Shown one piece after another: positions 38,975 to 48,003 of a DNA stretch of 64,000 bases (the first letter of the stretch is position 1; every line of letters starts with the position of its first letter). Location: contig JAMHWA010000018.1 in assembly GCA_035911175.1 (NCBI GenBank), forward strand, positions 73,500-137,499. The letters are read 5' to 3'. Source of the DNA: Alphaproteobacteria bacterium. Lineage in GTDB: Bacteria; Pseudomonadota; Alphaproteobacteria; Rickettsiales; UBA3002. Both the position numbers and the translations under genes were made by a program. The notes under the pieces are model-generated. The model did no database searches and had not been told where the DNA came from. It saw nothing but the letters and a program-made list of their open reading frames with translations.

Positions 38975-39469
38975 GTGGCCAAGCCCGCTGCAAAATCCGT
39001 CAAAAAAGCACCTGCTAAAACCACCCCTGCCAAAGCGATGAAGAAAAACGCCGCCGTGAAAGCGCGCGCCAAGGTCGAAAAAACCGTCGCCAAAAAGGCA
39101 GCCGCACCTGCCAAAAAACTCACCCCCGCACAGGCCGCAACCGAAGCCTTGTGCAAACAGATTGTCAAAATTATCGACACCAACAAGGGCGAGGAAATTA
39201 CCACCCTCAACCTACGCGACAAATGCAGCTTCGCGGATTTCATGATTGTGGCCAGCGGCCGCGCCCCACGCCATGTGAGTGCACTGGCAGATTATGTGGC
39301 CGATATGCTCAAAAAACAAGGCACGCCCCCCCTTTCCATCGAGGGCAAAGAAACCGGCGATTGGGTGCTGATCGACGCGGGCGATATCGTCGTTCACATC
39401 TTCCGCCCCGAAGTGCGCCAGTTCTACAACATCGAAAAAATGTGGGCGATGCCCATGGTGACCGCTTAA
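38975..39469 (+). CDS. rsfS: Ribosome silencing factor RsfS with Ala/Lys/Pro-rich N-terminal extension
   Basis: C-terminal core DFMIVASGRAPRHVSALADYV...WVLIDAGDIVVHIF. The true start may lie upstream, since the frame is open back to the nadD stop. Confidence 0.8.
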   Translation: MAKPAAKSVKKAPAKTTPAKAMKKNAAVKARAKVEKTVAKKAAAPAKKLTPAQAATEALCKQIVKIIDTNKGEEITTLNLRDKCSFADFMIVASGRAPRHVSALADYVADMLKKQGTPPLSIEGKETGDWVLIDAGDIVVHIFRPEVRQFYNIEKMWAMPMVTA

Positions 39470-39476
39470 GGCCACC

Positions 39477-39941
39477 GTGCACATCACCATCGCTGCTGTT
39501 GGCAAAGCCAAGCACAAGCCCGAAGCGGAACTGATTGCCCACTACCTGAAGCAAACGCGGTGGGACATCGCCATCAAAGAAATCCCCGATGCCCCAAGCA
39601 ACATGACGGCGGATGCGCGGCGCGCGCGCGAGGCCGAAGGCTTCCAAAAACTCCTCACCCCGCAAACCCGTTTATTCGTGATGGATTCCACGGGCAAATC
39701 CCTCACCAGCCCCCAATTCGCCAAGCTGATTCAGGATGCTCAGAAAAACGCGACTAAACATGTAATGTTTGCCATCGGTGGGCAAGATGGGCTGGATATA
39801 TCCCTCATCAAGGCCGCGCACACCACCATCGCTTTCGGCGCCGCCACATGGCCACACCAGCTGCTGCGCGCCATGCTGATGGAACAAATCTACCGCGCCT
39901 ACACCATTACCATCGGCCATCCCTATCATGTCGGCCACTAG
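39477..39941 (+). CDS. rlmH: 23S rRNA (pseudouridine1915-N3)-methyltransferase
   Basis: SPOUT fold, C-terminal [27 protein letters not shown]..GHPYH. Confidence 0.9.
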   Translation: [154 protein letters not shown]

Positions 39942-40072
39942 TCTTTATTTGCTCCGAACATCGGCATACTGCCTAGTTCTTCGCGCAGCTTCGCTGGCTC
40001 ATGGCTGACGCGGTTTGCTAACCGCGTACGTTTACTACTTGCACGTCCAGTGCGCACTGCTAAAACCACCTC

Positions 40073-41620
40073 ATGAGCACACCAAAACCTGTCATGTTAT
40101 GCATCCTCGATGGCTGGGGCGAAAGCGCCGAGCGCGAGCACAACGCCATTGCCCAAGCACACACGCCGAACTTCGACGCCATGCGTGCCACCTATCCCTT
40201 CGGCACCATCAGCGCGAGCGAGCTGGATGTGGGCTTGCCCACTGGCCAAATGGGCAATTCCGAAGTCGGCCACATGAACATCGGCGCGGGCCGCGTGGTG
40301 ATGCAGGAACTGCCGCGCATCGATGCTGCGATTGCCGATGGCACGCTTGCCAACAATACTGCACTTCTCAACTACATTGCCGCACTCAAACAATCGGGCG
40401 GCACCTGCCATTTGCTCGGCCTACTTTCCGATGGCGGCGTCCATTCACACATGAACCACATGGCGGCACTCGCCAACGCGGTGGCGGCCAGCGGCGTTCC
40501 CGTCGCCGTGCATGCATTCCTCGATGGGCGCGACACTTCACCCAAAAGTGCACTTGGTTTTGCTGCACAATTCGAGGCTGCCATTGCTGCACAACAACTG
40601 GTTTCCATCGCCACCATCAGCGGCCGTTACTACGCTATGGATCGCGACAAGCGCTGGGATCGCGTAAGCTTGGCGTATGAAGCATTGCTGTACGCCCAAG
40701 GCAACAAAGCACCGAACGCCGCTGCCGCCATCACCATGTCGTATGACGCCGACAAATCCGACGAGTTCGTCATGCCCACCATCATCAATCGCTACGAGGG
40801 CATGAAAGACGGCGACGGCATCCTCATGGCCAATTTCCGTGCTGACCGCGCGCGCGAAATCCTGCATGCGCTCATCGATCCCAATTTCAACGAGTTTGCA
40901 CGCGAGCGCACCGTGCGCTTTGCCGCCACCCTCGGCGTGGTGGAATATAGCGAGAAGCTGAACCCGCTCATCCCCGCCATGTTCCCTGCACAAACGCTGG
41001 TGAATAATTTGGGCGAGCTGGTGGCGAATGCTGGCATGAAACAACTGCGCATTGCCGAAACCGAAAAATACGCCCACGTCACCTTCTTCTTCAACGGTGG
41101 CCGCGAGGAGCCCTTCGCAGGCGAGGATCGCATTCTCGTCCCCTCCCCCAAAGTCGCGACGTATGATTTACAGCCAGAAATGTCTGCGCCCGAAGTGACC
41201 GATAAACTGGTCGAGGCGATTGGCAGCGGCAAATATGATTTGATTGTGGTGAACTACGCGAACACCGACATGGTCGGCCACTCGGGTGATTTGGCCGCCG
41301 CGATGAAAGCGGTGGAGGCAGTGGATGCCTCATTGGGTCGCCTCAAAACCGCCATCGATGCAGCAGGCGGCGCCATGCTCATCACCGCCGATCATGGCAA
41401 TGCCGAATGTTTGCACGACGATGAAACGGGCCAAGCACACACCGCGCACACGCTCAATTTCGTTCCATGCATCCTTGTGGGCGAGGCCTATAAAAACACG
41501 CCAAAGAATCTTGGCCAAGGCATCCTTGCCGATATTGCGCCCACCCTGTGCGCCATGCTTGGCATCACCCCACCGCCAGAGATGACTGGCCGCAATTTGC
41601 TTGCCCATGCGCGCGCGTAG
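40073..41620 (+). CDS. gpmI: 2,3-bisphosphoglycerate-independent phosphoglycerate mutase
   Basis: ILDGWG, MGNSEVGHMNIGAGR, ITADHGNAE motifs. Confidence 0.95.
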   Translation: MSTPKPVMLCILDGWGESAEREHNAIAQAHTPNFDAMRATYPFGTISASELDVGLPTGQMGNSEVGHMNIGAGRVVMQELPRIDAAIADGTLANNTALLNYIAALKQSGGTCHLLGLLSDGGVHSHMNHMAALANAVAASGVPVAVHAFLDGRDTSPKSALGFAAQFEAAIAAQQLVSIATISGRYYAMDRDKRWDRVSLAYEALLYAQGNKAPNAAAAITMSYDADKSDEFVMPTIINRYEGMKDGDGILMANFRADRAREILHALIDPNFNEFARERTVRFAATLGVVEYSEKLNPLIPAMFPAQTLVNNLGELVANAGMKQLRIAETEKYAHVTFFFNGGREEPFAGEDRILVPSPKVATYDLQPEMSAPEVTDKLVEAIGSGKYDLIVVNYANTDMVGHSGDLAAAMKAVEAVDASLGRLKTAIDAAGGAMLITADHGNAECLHDDETGQAHTAHTLNFVPCILVGEAYKNTPKNLGQGILADIAPTLCAMLGITPPPEMTGRNLLAHARA

Positions 41621-42755
41621 CTTGCTCATGGTGGTGGCGATGTGGGCAAGCATTGCCCACGCCCAAGCGCCGCAGCAAAAGCTCGATTCAACACTCGAGA
41701 ACCTTGCCAAAAGCAAAGAGAACGAAGCCGCCATCCGCCGTCGTTTGGCCGAAACAGAGCGCGAGCTTGAAGCGATGCGCGAGCGCGCGGCAACCCTTGC
41801 CGAGCAATTGCAAAAGACCGAACGGCGGGTGGATAGCGAAGAAGACGCGCTGGCCAAGGTGAATGCTGAATATGCCGAGAAGCGCCGCGAGTTCGAGCGC
41901 CGCAAGCATGATTATGCAGTGACGGTTGTCACCCTGCTGCGCATGCGCAACATGCCCACCACCGCACTTTTCTCGTCGAGCGAGGATACGCAAACCATGC
42001 TGCGCACCGCCAGCGTGCTTGAAAAAACCAACGAGGCCGTCGCCGCAAAGGCAGCCCGTTTACGTACCGACATGACACAAATGAAGGCGCTACAAACCTC
42101 CGCAAAAACGCGTGATGCGCGCACCAAAGCCGAAAAAGCGAAGTTGGCGGATGAGCAAAAGAAACTCGAACGCGAACTCAACGCACGGCAAAAACTGCAA
42201 GCACGCCTGAGTGCCGACCAGATCCGTGAAGCCGCCAAAGTGTCGGAGCTCTCACTCGAATCCAAATCACTGCAAGAGTTGATTGCCAAGCTTGATGCCA
42301 ATCAGAAAGAAAAAGCCAAAGACAAATCCGCGCCGAAGCAAAACGCCAAGCTGCGAAGCTTCGATGGAAAAAAAGGGAGCGCGCGCGCGCCTGTCTCGGG
42401 CGATGTTATCCACCGCTTCGGTGACAAACAGAACGATAACGGCACCTATCGCGGCATGGTATTCAAAGCACGCGCAGGCGCCACTGTCGTCGCCCCGTTC
42501 GATGGTGAAGTCGTGTTCACTGGGCCCTTCCGCGATTATGGCAACATGGTGCTCATCAAACACAAGAACGGCTTTATTTCGCTCATTGCTGGCTTGGGCA
42601 AAGTCAATACCAGCCTCAACCAAGCCGCCATTCGCGGCGAGCCAATCGGCACCATGCCACAAAACGGCAAAACCGAGGCCTATGTGGAATTACGCGATAG
42701 CAGTGCCAAGCCTATTGACCCCGCCAACTGGTTCGCTAATGTCGTTGGTAATTAA
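41607..42755 (+). CDS. EnvC-like murein hydrolase activator (coiled coil + M23/LytM domain)
   Basis: Signal peptide, long coiled coil, C-terminal GMVFKARAGATVVAPFDGEVVF...GNMVLIKH. Confidence 0.8.
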   Translation: MRARSLLMVVAMWASIAHAQAPQQKLDSTLENLAKSKENEAAIRRRLAETERELEAMRERAATLAEQLQKTERRVDSEEDALAKVNAEYAEKRREFERRKHDYAVTVVTLLRMRNMPTTALFSSSEDTQTMLRTASVLEKTNEAVAAKAARLRTDMTQMKALQTSAKTRDARTKAEKAKLADEQKKLERELNARQKLQARLSADQIREAAKVSELSLESKSLQELIAKLDANQKEKAKDKSAPKQNAKLRSFDGKKGSARAPVSGDVIHRFGDKQNDNGTYRGMVFKARAGATVVAPFDGEVVFTGPFRDYGNMVLIKHKNGFISLIAGLGKVNTSLNQAAIRGEPIGTMPQNGKTEAYVELRDSSAKPIDPANWFANVVGN

Positions 42756-42821
42756 ATGCTACAACTTGTAGCATCTACAGTAACACATTATGGCGGATGA
42801 AGCTCGCCGCAATGAAGTGGC

Positions 42822-42862
42822 GAAAGCGCAGTGTAGATTTACTACATGAGCATTTCGACGAA
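42822..42862 (+). repeat. Structured intergenic repeat, degenerate copy E (core only)
   Basis: GAAAGCGCAGTGTAGATTTACTACATGAGCATTTCGACGAA matches the family core, with apical stem TGTAG/CTACA. A perfect 9-bp hairpin ATGCTACAA-C-TTGTAGCAT lies just upstream (42756-42774). Confidence 0.45.
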
Positions 42863-42939
42863 GCTTTATTGCAAGTAGGTTCGCCGACAGAATGAAGTTA
42901 ATGGAGATGCCTTTAAAAACACTTTCGCACGGATTGTTC

Positions 42940-44331
42940 ATGCGCTTTGCCACCCGCTTTCTTGCTGCCCTTTTCCTCACCACCACCCTTGCCAACGCAG
43001 CCACCCCTGCCGCGGCACCCAAGGCCAGCAGCAGCTCTACGTATGAACTACTCAACCTGTTTGGTGAAGTGTTCGACCGCGTGCGCAGCGATTATGTCGA
43101 GCCCGTAGCGGATGACAAACTCATCGAGTCGGCCCTAAACGGCATGCTCACCTCGCTCGACCCGCACTCGGGCTACATGAACGAAAAAAGCTTCGGCGAC
43201 ATGAAAATCCAAACCAAGGGCGAATTTGGCGGCCTTGGTATCGAAGTGACCATGGAGAATGGCCTCGTTAAAGTCGTCTCGCCGATTGACGATACACCTG
43301 CTGCCAAAGCTGGCATCAAACCCGGAGACTACGTCAGCGAGATCGACGGCACCGCCGTGATGGGTCTCACGTTGCAGGATGCTGTCGATAAAATGCGGGG
43401 TGCGGTGGGCACAAGCGTCAAACTTACAGTTCTACGTGAGGGCGCGAAAGAGCCACTGAACATTACCATTAAGCGCGACCTCATCAAAATTCAATCCGTA
43501 CGCAGCCGCTCGGAAGACGATGTCGCCTACCTGCGCATCACCTCCTTCTCGGAAGCGACATCCGAAACCATGAAGGCAGCCTTCGAGAAAGAGAAAAAAG
43601 CCATTGGCGGTAAACTCAAAGGCGTCGTGCTCGATTTGCGTAACAACCCAGGTGGTTTGCTCGACCAAGCGGTGGATGTGTCGGATGCTTTCCTCGACCA
43701 TGGCGAAATTGTTTCTACCCGCTCGCGCAAACCCGAGGAATCGCGCCGCTATAGCGCCAGAAAAGGCGATATCGCGAACGGTTTGCCTATTGTTGTCCTG
43801 ATTAACGAAGGCTCCGCCTCTGCATCCGAAATTGTGGCGGGCGCCTTGAAGGACCACAAACGCGGCGTGGTCATGGGCACCAAATCGTTCGGTAAAGGCT
43901 CCGTCCAAACCGTGATTCCGATTGAAGATCATGGCGCCATCCGCCTCACCACCGCACGCTACTACACCCCATCGGGCGTCTCGATTCAGGCCAAAGGCAT
44001 CGTGCCCGATATTGTGGTCGAGCAGGCGAAGGTGGAAACCATCAAACCGACTGCCAATTTCTCGGAAATGAACCTGCCTGGTCACTTGGATAACGATCAG
44101 AACAAGGACGAGGGCGCGGCACCTGCCGCCGCAAATGATAACAAAAAGGACAGCAAGAAGGATGCCGCCAAGGATGATAAGAAAGACGGCAAAAAGGATA
44201 AGAGCGCCGATACTGACTATCAGCTCAGCCGCGCACTCGATCTGATTCGTGCTGTATCCATCTATCAGCGCAACGAAAATGCCGCCGCAGAGCCAGCCCC
44301 TGCAGCAGCAAAACCTGCTGCAAAAAAATGA
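42940..44331 (+). CDS. ctpA: Carboxy-terminal processing protease (S41)
   Basis: Signal peptide MRFATRFLAALFLTTTLANA, PDZ, GSASASEI and KGSVQT motifs; alternative upstream ATG at 42892. Confidence 0.9.
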   Translation: MRFATRFLAALFLTTTLANAATPAAAPKASSSSTYELLNLFGEVFDRVRSDYVEPVADDKLIESALNGMLTSLDPHSGYMNEKSFGDMKIQTKGEFGGLGIEVTMENGLVKVVSPIDDTPAAKAGIKPGDYVSEIDGTAVMGLTLQDAVDKMRGAVGTSVKLTVLREGAKEPLNITIKRDLIKIQSVRSRSEDDVAYLRITSFSEATSETMKAAFEKEKKAIGGKLKGVVLDLRNNPGGLLDQAVDVSDAFLDHGEIVSTRSRKPEESRRYSARKGDIANGLPIVVLINEGSASASEIVAGALKDHKRGVVMGTKSFGKGSVQTVIPIEDHGAIRLTTARYYTPSGVSIQAKGIVPDIVVEQAKVETIKPTANFSEMNLPGHLDNDQNKDEGAAPAAANDNKKDSKKDAAKDDKKDGKKDKSADTDYQLSRALDLIRAVSIYQRNENAAAEPAPAAAKPAAKK

Positions 44332-44339
44332 GGTAGATC

Positions 44340-45857
44340 ATGGCAGGCGGTCGCAAAATCAGCCTCCCACATGTCAGTAGCTTTGCCCTATGGGCGACCA
44401 TTACTGGCTTGCTTGCGCTTGGCATGATGACCACCCTCGTCGACTTCATCGGGCTTTCCGATCACGAATCAAAACGCGCGAACGAGGCAAAGCAGCGCTT
44501 CGTTATTAATGCCGTTACGGGCGAGGTCATGCTCAGCAGCGACCCCCATGCTGTCGAAGAAACGACATTCGATGTTGCCACCCCTGAGGCCGAGCCGCCT
44601 GCTGCTGCTGAAGCAGAAGCACCTGCGCACGCTGAAGCTGCGCCCGAACCCGCCCCCGCTGAAGGCGAGCACAGTGCGACTGAAGCACCGACTGAGCCTA
44701 CGAGCGAACCAACCACAAGCACCGAACCCGCGAGCGACCATTCCGCTGCCGCGCCAGAAACAGCCACCCCTGAAGCCGCGGCACCCGAGGCGGCACCAGC
44801 ACCTGCACCAGAGCCCGTCATCGCCAATGCCCCCAGCTTGCGCACCGCCCCCATCGAGGCATCCCTCACTGCACCCGTACACACTAAAAACAGCCTTGTC
44901 CCCGCTCCTGCGCGTGAGGTGAGCGAAACACTCCATGGCCTCACCCTGCCCAAGCGTGGCGATAACGATCTGCTCCCATCCAAACTTTATGCCCGCCCCT
45001 TCGCGCGCAAAGAAGGGCAGGCCGCACTCAGCTTTGTCGTCATGGAAGCTGGGCTTGATACGCAATCCATTGGCCTCATCATGAATTTGCCGCCGGAAGT
45101 CACCGTTGCCTATTCACCCTATAGCCGCAAATCCACCAGCTACAGCGAAAATCTCCGTAGCCTCGGCCACGAAGTATGGACCATGCTTCCTGCCATGAAC
45201 GACAACTATCCTTCCGATGACCCAGGCCCGATGGGCATCATCAGCAAAATGCCGCCCGAGGAAACATTGCGCCGCACGCAAGAAGTGCTGGCCGCCATTG
45301 CTGGCAGCGTGGGCCTCATCACCGCACCAAACGAGGCGGTAACGACCTCGGCAGAAAATATTGCGCCCGTTCTTGGCGAAATCAGCAAGCGCGGGTTGCT
45401 CATGCTTTCCACGCACCCCACACGCACCCTCAGCCAAATGACCACCAATCGCGGCATATTGGAGATGATGCGCCGCGCCGATTTAGTGCTCGACCCCGCA
45501 CCCAACGAAGCACAAATCCGCAGCAAATTGGCAGGCATTCTTGCCGCAGCAAAAGAAAAAGGTGACTATGTGGTCGTCCTTTCTGCGCGCCCACAAAGCC
45601 TACAATTACTGGCCGAATGGCTGAAGGCCAACCCACTCGATGAATCGATTGCGCTGGCGCCCCTTTCAGCCATGTTCGTGCCCAAGGAAGCGCCTCAGCC
45701 GAAGGCCGAGGAAGCCGCCGCCGCTGAAGGCGAACACGCTGCCCCGCCCAAGAAGGAAAAGAAAAAAGAGAAACCCGCCGAGAAAAAGCAAAAGCCCCTC
45801 CCGCAGGATAAATACCTCAAGCCTGCAGCGGCCGAAAAATCAAGCGGCGGGCACTAA
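44340..45857 (+). CDS. Divergent polysaccharide deacetylase (YibQ-like) with a long Pro/Ala/Glu-rich linker
   Basis: N-terminal TM, ~130-aa low-complexity region, then a YibQ-like core (LSFVVMEAGLD...VTVAYSPYS...), Lys-rich tail. Confidence 0.65.
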   Translation: MAGGRKISLPHVSSFALWATITGLLALGMMTTLVDFIGLSDHESKRANEAKQRFVINAVTGEVMLSSDPHAVEETTFDVATPEAEPPAAAEAEAPAHAEAAPEPAPAEGEHSATEAPTEPTSEPTTSTEPASDHSAAAPETATPEAAAPEAAPAPAPEPVIANAPSLRTAPIEASLTAPVHTKNSLVPAPAREVSETLHGLTLPKRGDNDLLPSKLYARPFARKEGQAALSFVVMEAGLDTQSIGLIMNLPPEVTVAYSPYSRKSTSYSENLRSLGHEVWTMLPAMNDNYPSDDPGPMGIISKMPPEETLRRTQEVLAAIAGSVGLITAPNEAVTTSAENIAPVLGEISKRGLLMLSTHPTRTLSQMTTNRGILEMMRRADLVLDPAPNEAQIRSKLAGILAAAKEKGDYVVVLSARPQSLQLLAEWLKANPLDESIALAPLSAMFVPKEAPQPKAEEAAAAEGEHAAPPKKEKKKEKPAEKKQKPLPQDKYLKPAAAEKSSGGH

Positions 45858-46339
45858 TGAGCGCCTATAGCAACCTACCTTACCGCGACGGCGTGGGCAT
45901 CATGCTTCTCAACGCACAGGGCAAGGTCTTCGTCGCCAAGCGGCTCGACACGCTGGCGGAGGCATGGCAAATGCCGCAGGGAGGCATTGATGCGGACGAG
46001 GAGCCACGGGCAGCAGCTCTGCGGGAACTCACCGAAGAAACTGGCGTACCCGCCGATAACGTCACCATCCTTGCCGAATCCGCTGATTGGCACCGCTATG
46101 ATTTACCCGACGATTTAATCCCCATCATCTGGAAAGGCCAGTATCGCGGCCAGCAGCAAAAATGGTTTGTCATGCGGCTTGATGGCGATGATTCCCTCAT
46201 CAACATCCATGCCGATGACCACCCCGAATTCAGCGAATGGAAATGGATCCCCATGCACGAATTGCCCGAGGTGATTGTGCCCTTTAAGCGGGAATTATAC
46301 GCGACGCTGGTGGCGGAGTTTTCTAAATTTTCTTCCTAA
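45857..46339 (+). CDS. rppH: RNA pyrophosphohydrolase (Nudix)
   Basis: YRDGVGIMLLN...WQMPQGGIDADEEPRAAALRELTEETG Nudix box. Confidence 0.9.
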   Translation: MSAYSNLPYRDGVGIMLLNAQGKVFVAKRLDTLAEAWQMPQGGIDADEEPRAAALRELTEETGVPADNVTILAESADWHRYDLPDDLIPIIWKGQYRGQQQKWFVMRLDGDDSLINIHADDHPEFSEWKWIPMHELPEVIVPFKRELYATLVAEFSKFSS

Positions 46340-46351
46340 ACACACCCCATC

Positions 46352-46472
46352 TTGCTGCGTCAAAATAGTTGAGATGCTAGGAGTGGCGGCGCACAGAAGC
46401 GCAGTGTAGCAGCGCCACATGAGCATTCGAGCACCGACACGACAACGCAGATCAGCTGTTTTCACGCAGCAA
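46352..46472 (+). repeat. Structured intergenic repeat, copy B
   Basis: Core GCTAGGAGTGGCGGCGCACAGAAGCGCAGTGTAGCAGCGCCACATGAGCATTCGAGCACCGACACGACAACGCAGATCAG; outer helix TTGCTGCGTCAAAA / TTTTCACGCAGCAA. Confidence 0.8.
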
Positions 46473-46473
46473 A

Positions 46474-47379
46474 CTACGCGCGAATCATCGTACTCGCACC
46501 ACCTGCGGTAAACACTTCAATCAGCAACACATGCGGAATGCGCCCATCAAGAATGTGGGCTTGCTTCACGCCGCCGCGCAGGGCATTCACGCAGGTTTCC
46601 ACTTTCGGAATCATGCCGCCGGTAATGGTTCCATCGGCCAGCAGCGCATCAATTTCTTCGGCATCAATCTCGCTGATGAGTTGTTTCTCTTTCGTCAGAA
46701 TCCCTGCCACATCGGTCAGCATCATCAGCTTATGAGCCTTAAGCGCGCTCGCAATCGCGCCCGCAGCCGTATCGGCGTTGATGTTATAGGTCTCGCCGTT
46801 CGGGCCCATGCCAATCGGTGCAATCACAGGAATCATGCCGCTGGCCACAATATTCTGAATCGCTTGCGGATTGACCTTCACGGGCTCGCCCACAAAGCCC
46901 AGATCCAGCACGCGCTCGATATTGCTATCGGGGTCCTTCTTCGTGCGCTTGAGTTGCTGCGCTTCAATCAGGTTGCCGTCCTTGCCCGAAATACCAATCG
47001 CCGTGCCGCCCATTTGGTTGATGGCGGTGACGATTTGCTTGTTGATGGAGCCTGAGAGCACCATCTCCACAATCTCGACCGCCGCTTGATCCGTCACCCG
47101 CAAGCCATCGATGAATTCGGATTGGATTTTAAGACGCTCTAGCATCGCGCCAATTTGCGGGCCGCCGCCATGCACCACCACAGGGTTGATGCCAATGGTT
47201 TTCAGCATCACAATATCGCGTGCAAAGGTTTCCGCCGTGCGCTCGTCGCCCATGGCGTTGCCGCCGTATTTGATGACAAAGGTTTGCCCTGCAAAACGCT
47301 GAATATAGGGCAGTGCTTCACTTACCGTTTTGGCGGTGCGCAGCAGCAGTTCTTTGGTCTTAATCGTTTTAATTTGCAT
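46474..47379 (-). CDS. argB: Acetylglutamate kinase
   Basis: [19 protein letters not shown] motifs. Confidence 0.95.
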   Translation of the reverse strand: MQIKTIKTKELLLRTAKTVSEALPYIQRFAGQTFVIKYGGNAMGDERTAETFARDIVMLKTIGINPVVVHGGGPQIGAMLERLKIQSEFIDGLRVTDQAAVEIVEMVLSGSINKQIVTAINQMGGTAIGISGKDGNLIEAQQLKRTKKDPDSNIERVLDLGFVGEPVKVNPQAIQNIVASGMIPVIAPIGMGPNGETYNINADTAAGAIASALKAHKLMMLTDVAGILTKEKQLISEIDAEEIDALLADGTITGGMIPKVETCVNALRGGVKQAHILDGRIPHVLLIEVFTAGGASTMIRA

Positions 47380-47382
47380 GGG

Positions 47383-48003
47383 CTAAATCTTCCCTTCCAA
47401 TGCCTCAATAACAGCATCCTGCAAGGCGTCAATCCCCTGCTTACCATGAGAGCTAGTCGTCACCAAATCAGGGTGCGCGGCGGGGTGCTTGCGCGCCACG
47501 GCACGTACACGTTCCTGCACGCCCTCTAGGTCATCCGCCTTGTCGGCTTTGGTCAGCACAAATTGATAGCTCACGGCCGCATCATCGAGGCGCTTGAGCA
47601 TTTCGTCATCCGCATCCTTAACCCCATGGCGGCTATCGACGAGCACAAACGCGCGCGCCAATTGCTGCCGCCCACGCAAATAATCGAACAGCACCCCTTG
47701 CCACTGCTTCACATCCTTCTTCGCCGCTTTGGCATAGCCATAGCCCGGCACATCCACCAGATGCAGCACCTCGTTGAGGTTGAAGAAATTCAACTGCCGC
47801 GTCGCCCCTGGTGTACCCGAGGTGCGCGCAAGGTGGTTTTGCCCTACCAGTGCATTCAGCAAGCTCGATTTACCGACATTGCTGCGGCCAATGAACGCCA
47901 CTTCAGGCAGATTCAGCTCGGGGAATTGATCCATGGTCGCCACGCCCGCCACAAAGCGGATGGGTTTGGCAAACAAAGCGCGGCTGAGTGGTTCACCCGT
48001 CAT
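47383..48003 (-). CDS. engB: GTP-binding protein EngB/YihA
   Basis: GRSNVGKSSLLNAL, DVPGYGYA, TKADK; ATG at 48003 overlaps the yidC stop (ATGA). Confidence 0.9.
   Translation of the reverse strand: MTGEPLSRALFAKPIRFVAGVATMDQFPELNLPEVAFIGRSNVGKSSLLNALVGQNHLARTSGTPGATRQLNFFNLNEVLHLVDVPGYGYAKAAKKDVKQWQGVLFDYLRGRQQLARAFVLVDSRHGVKDADDEMLKRLDDAAVSYQFVLTKADKADDLEGVQERVRAVARKHPAAHPDLVTTSSHGKQGIDALQDAVIEALEGKI

Noticed and set aside
38869-39243. 124-aa minus-strand ORF antisense to the rsfS tail
   Set aside because: Mirror image of the Ala/Lys-rich low-complexity coding region, giving an Ala/Phe/Leu-rich artefact. rsfS homology is on the + strand.
46371-46410. Short ORF inside repeat copy B (ATGCTAGGAGTGGCGGCGCACAGAAGCGCAGTGTAG)
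   Set aside because: The frame is not preserved in the other copies: copy C has a 1-nt insertion, and copies A and D lack the ATG. The element is therefore non-coding.
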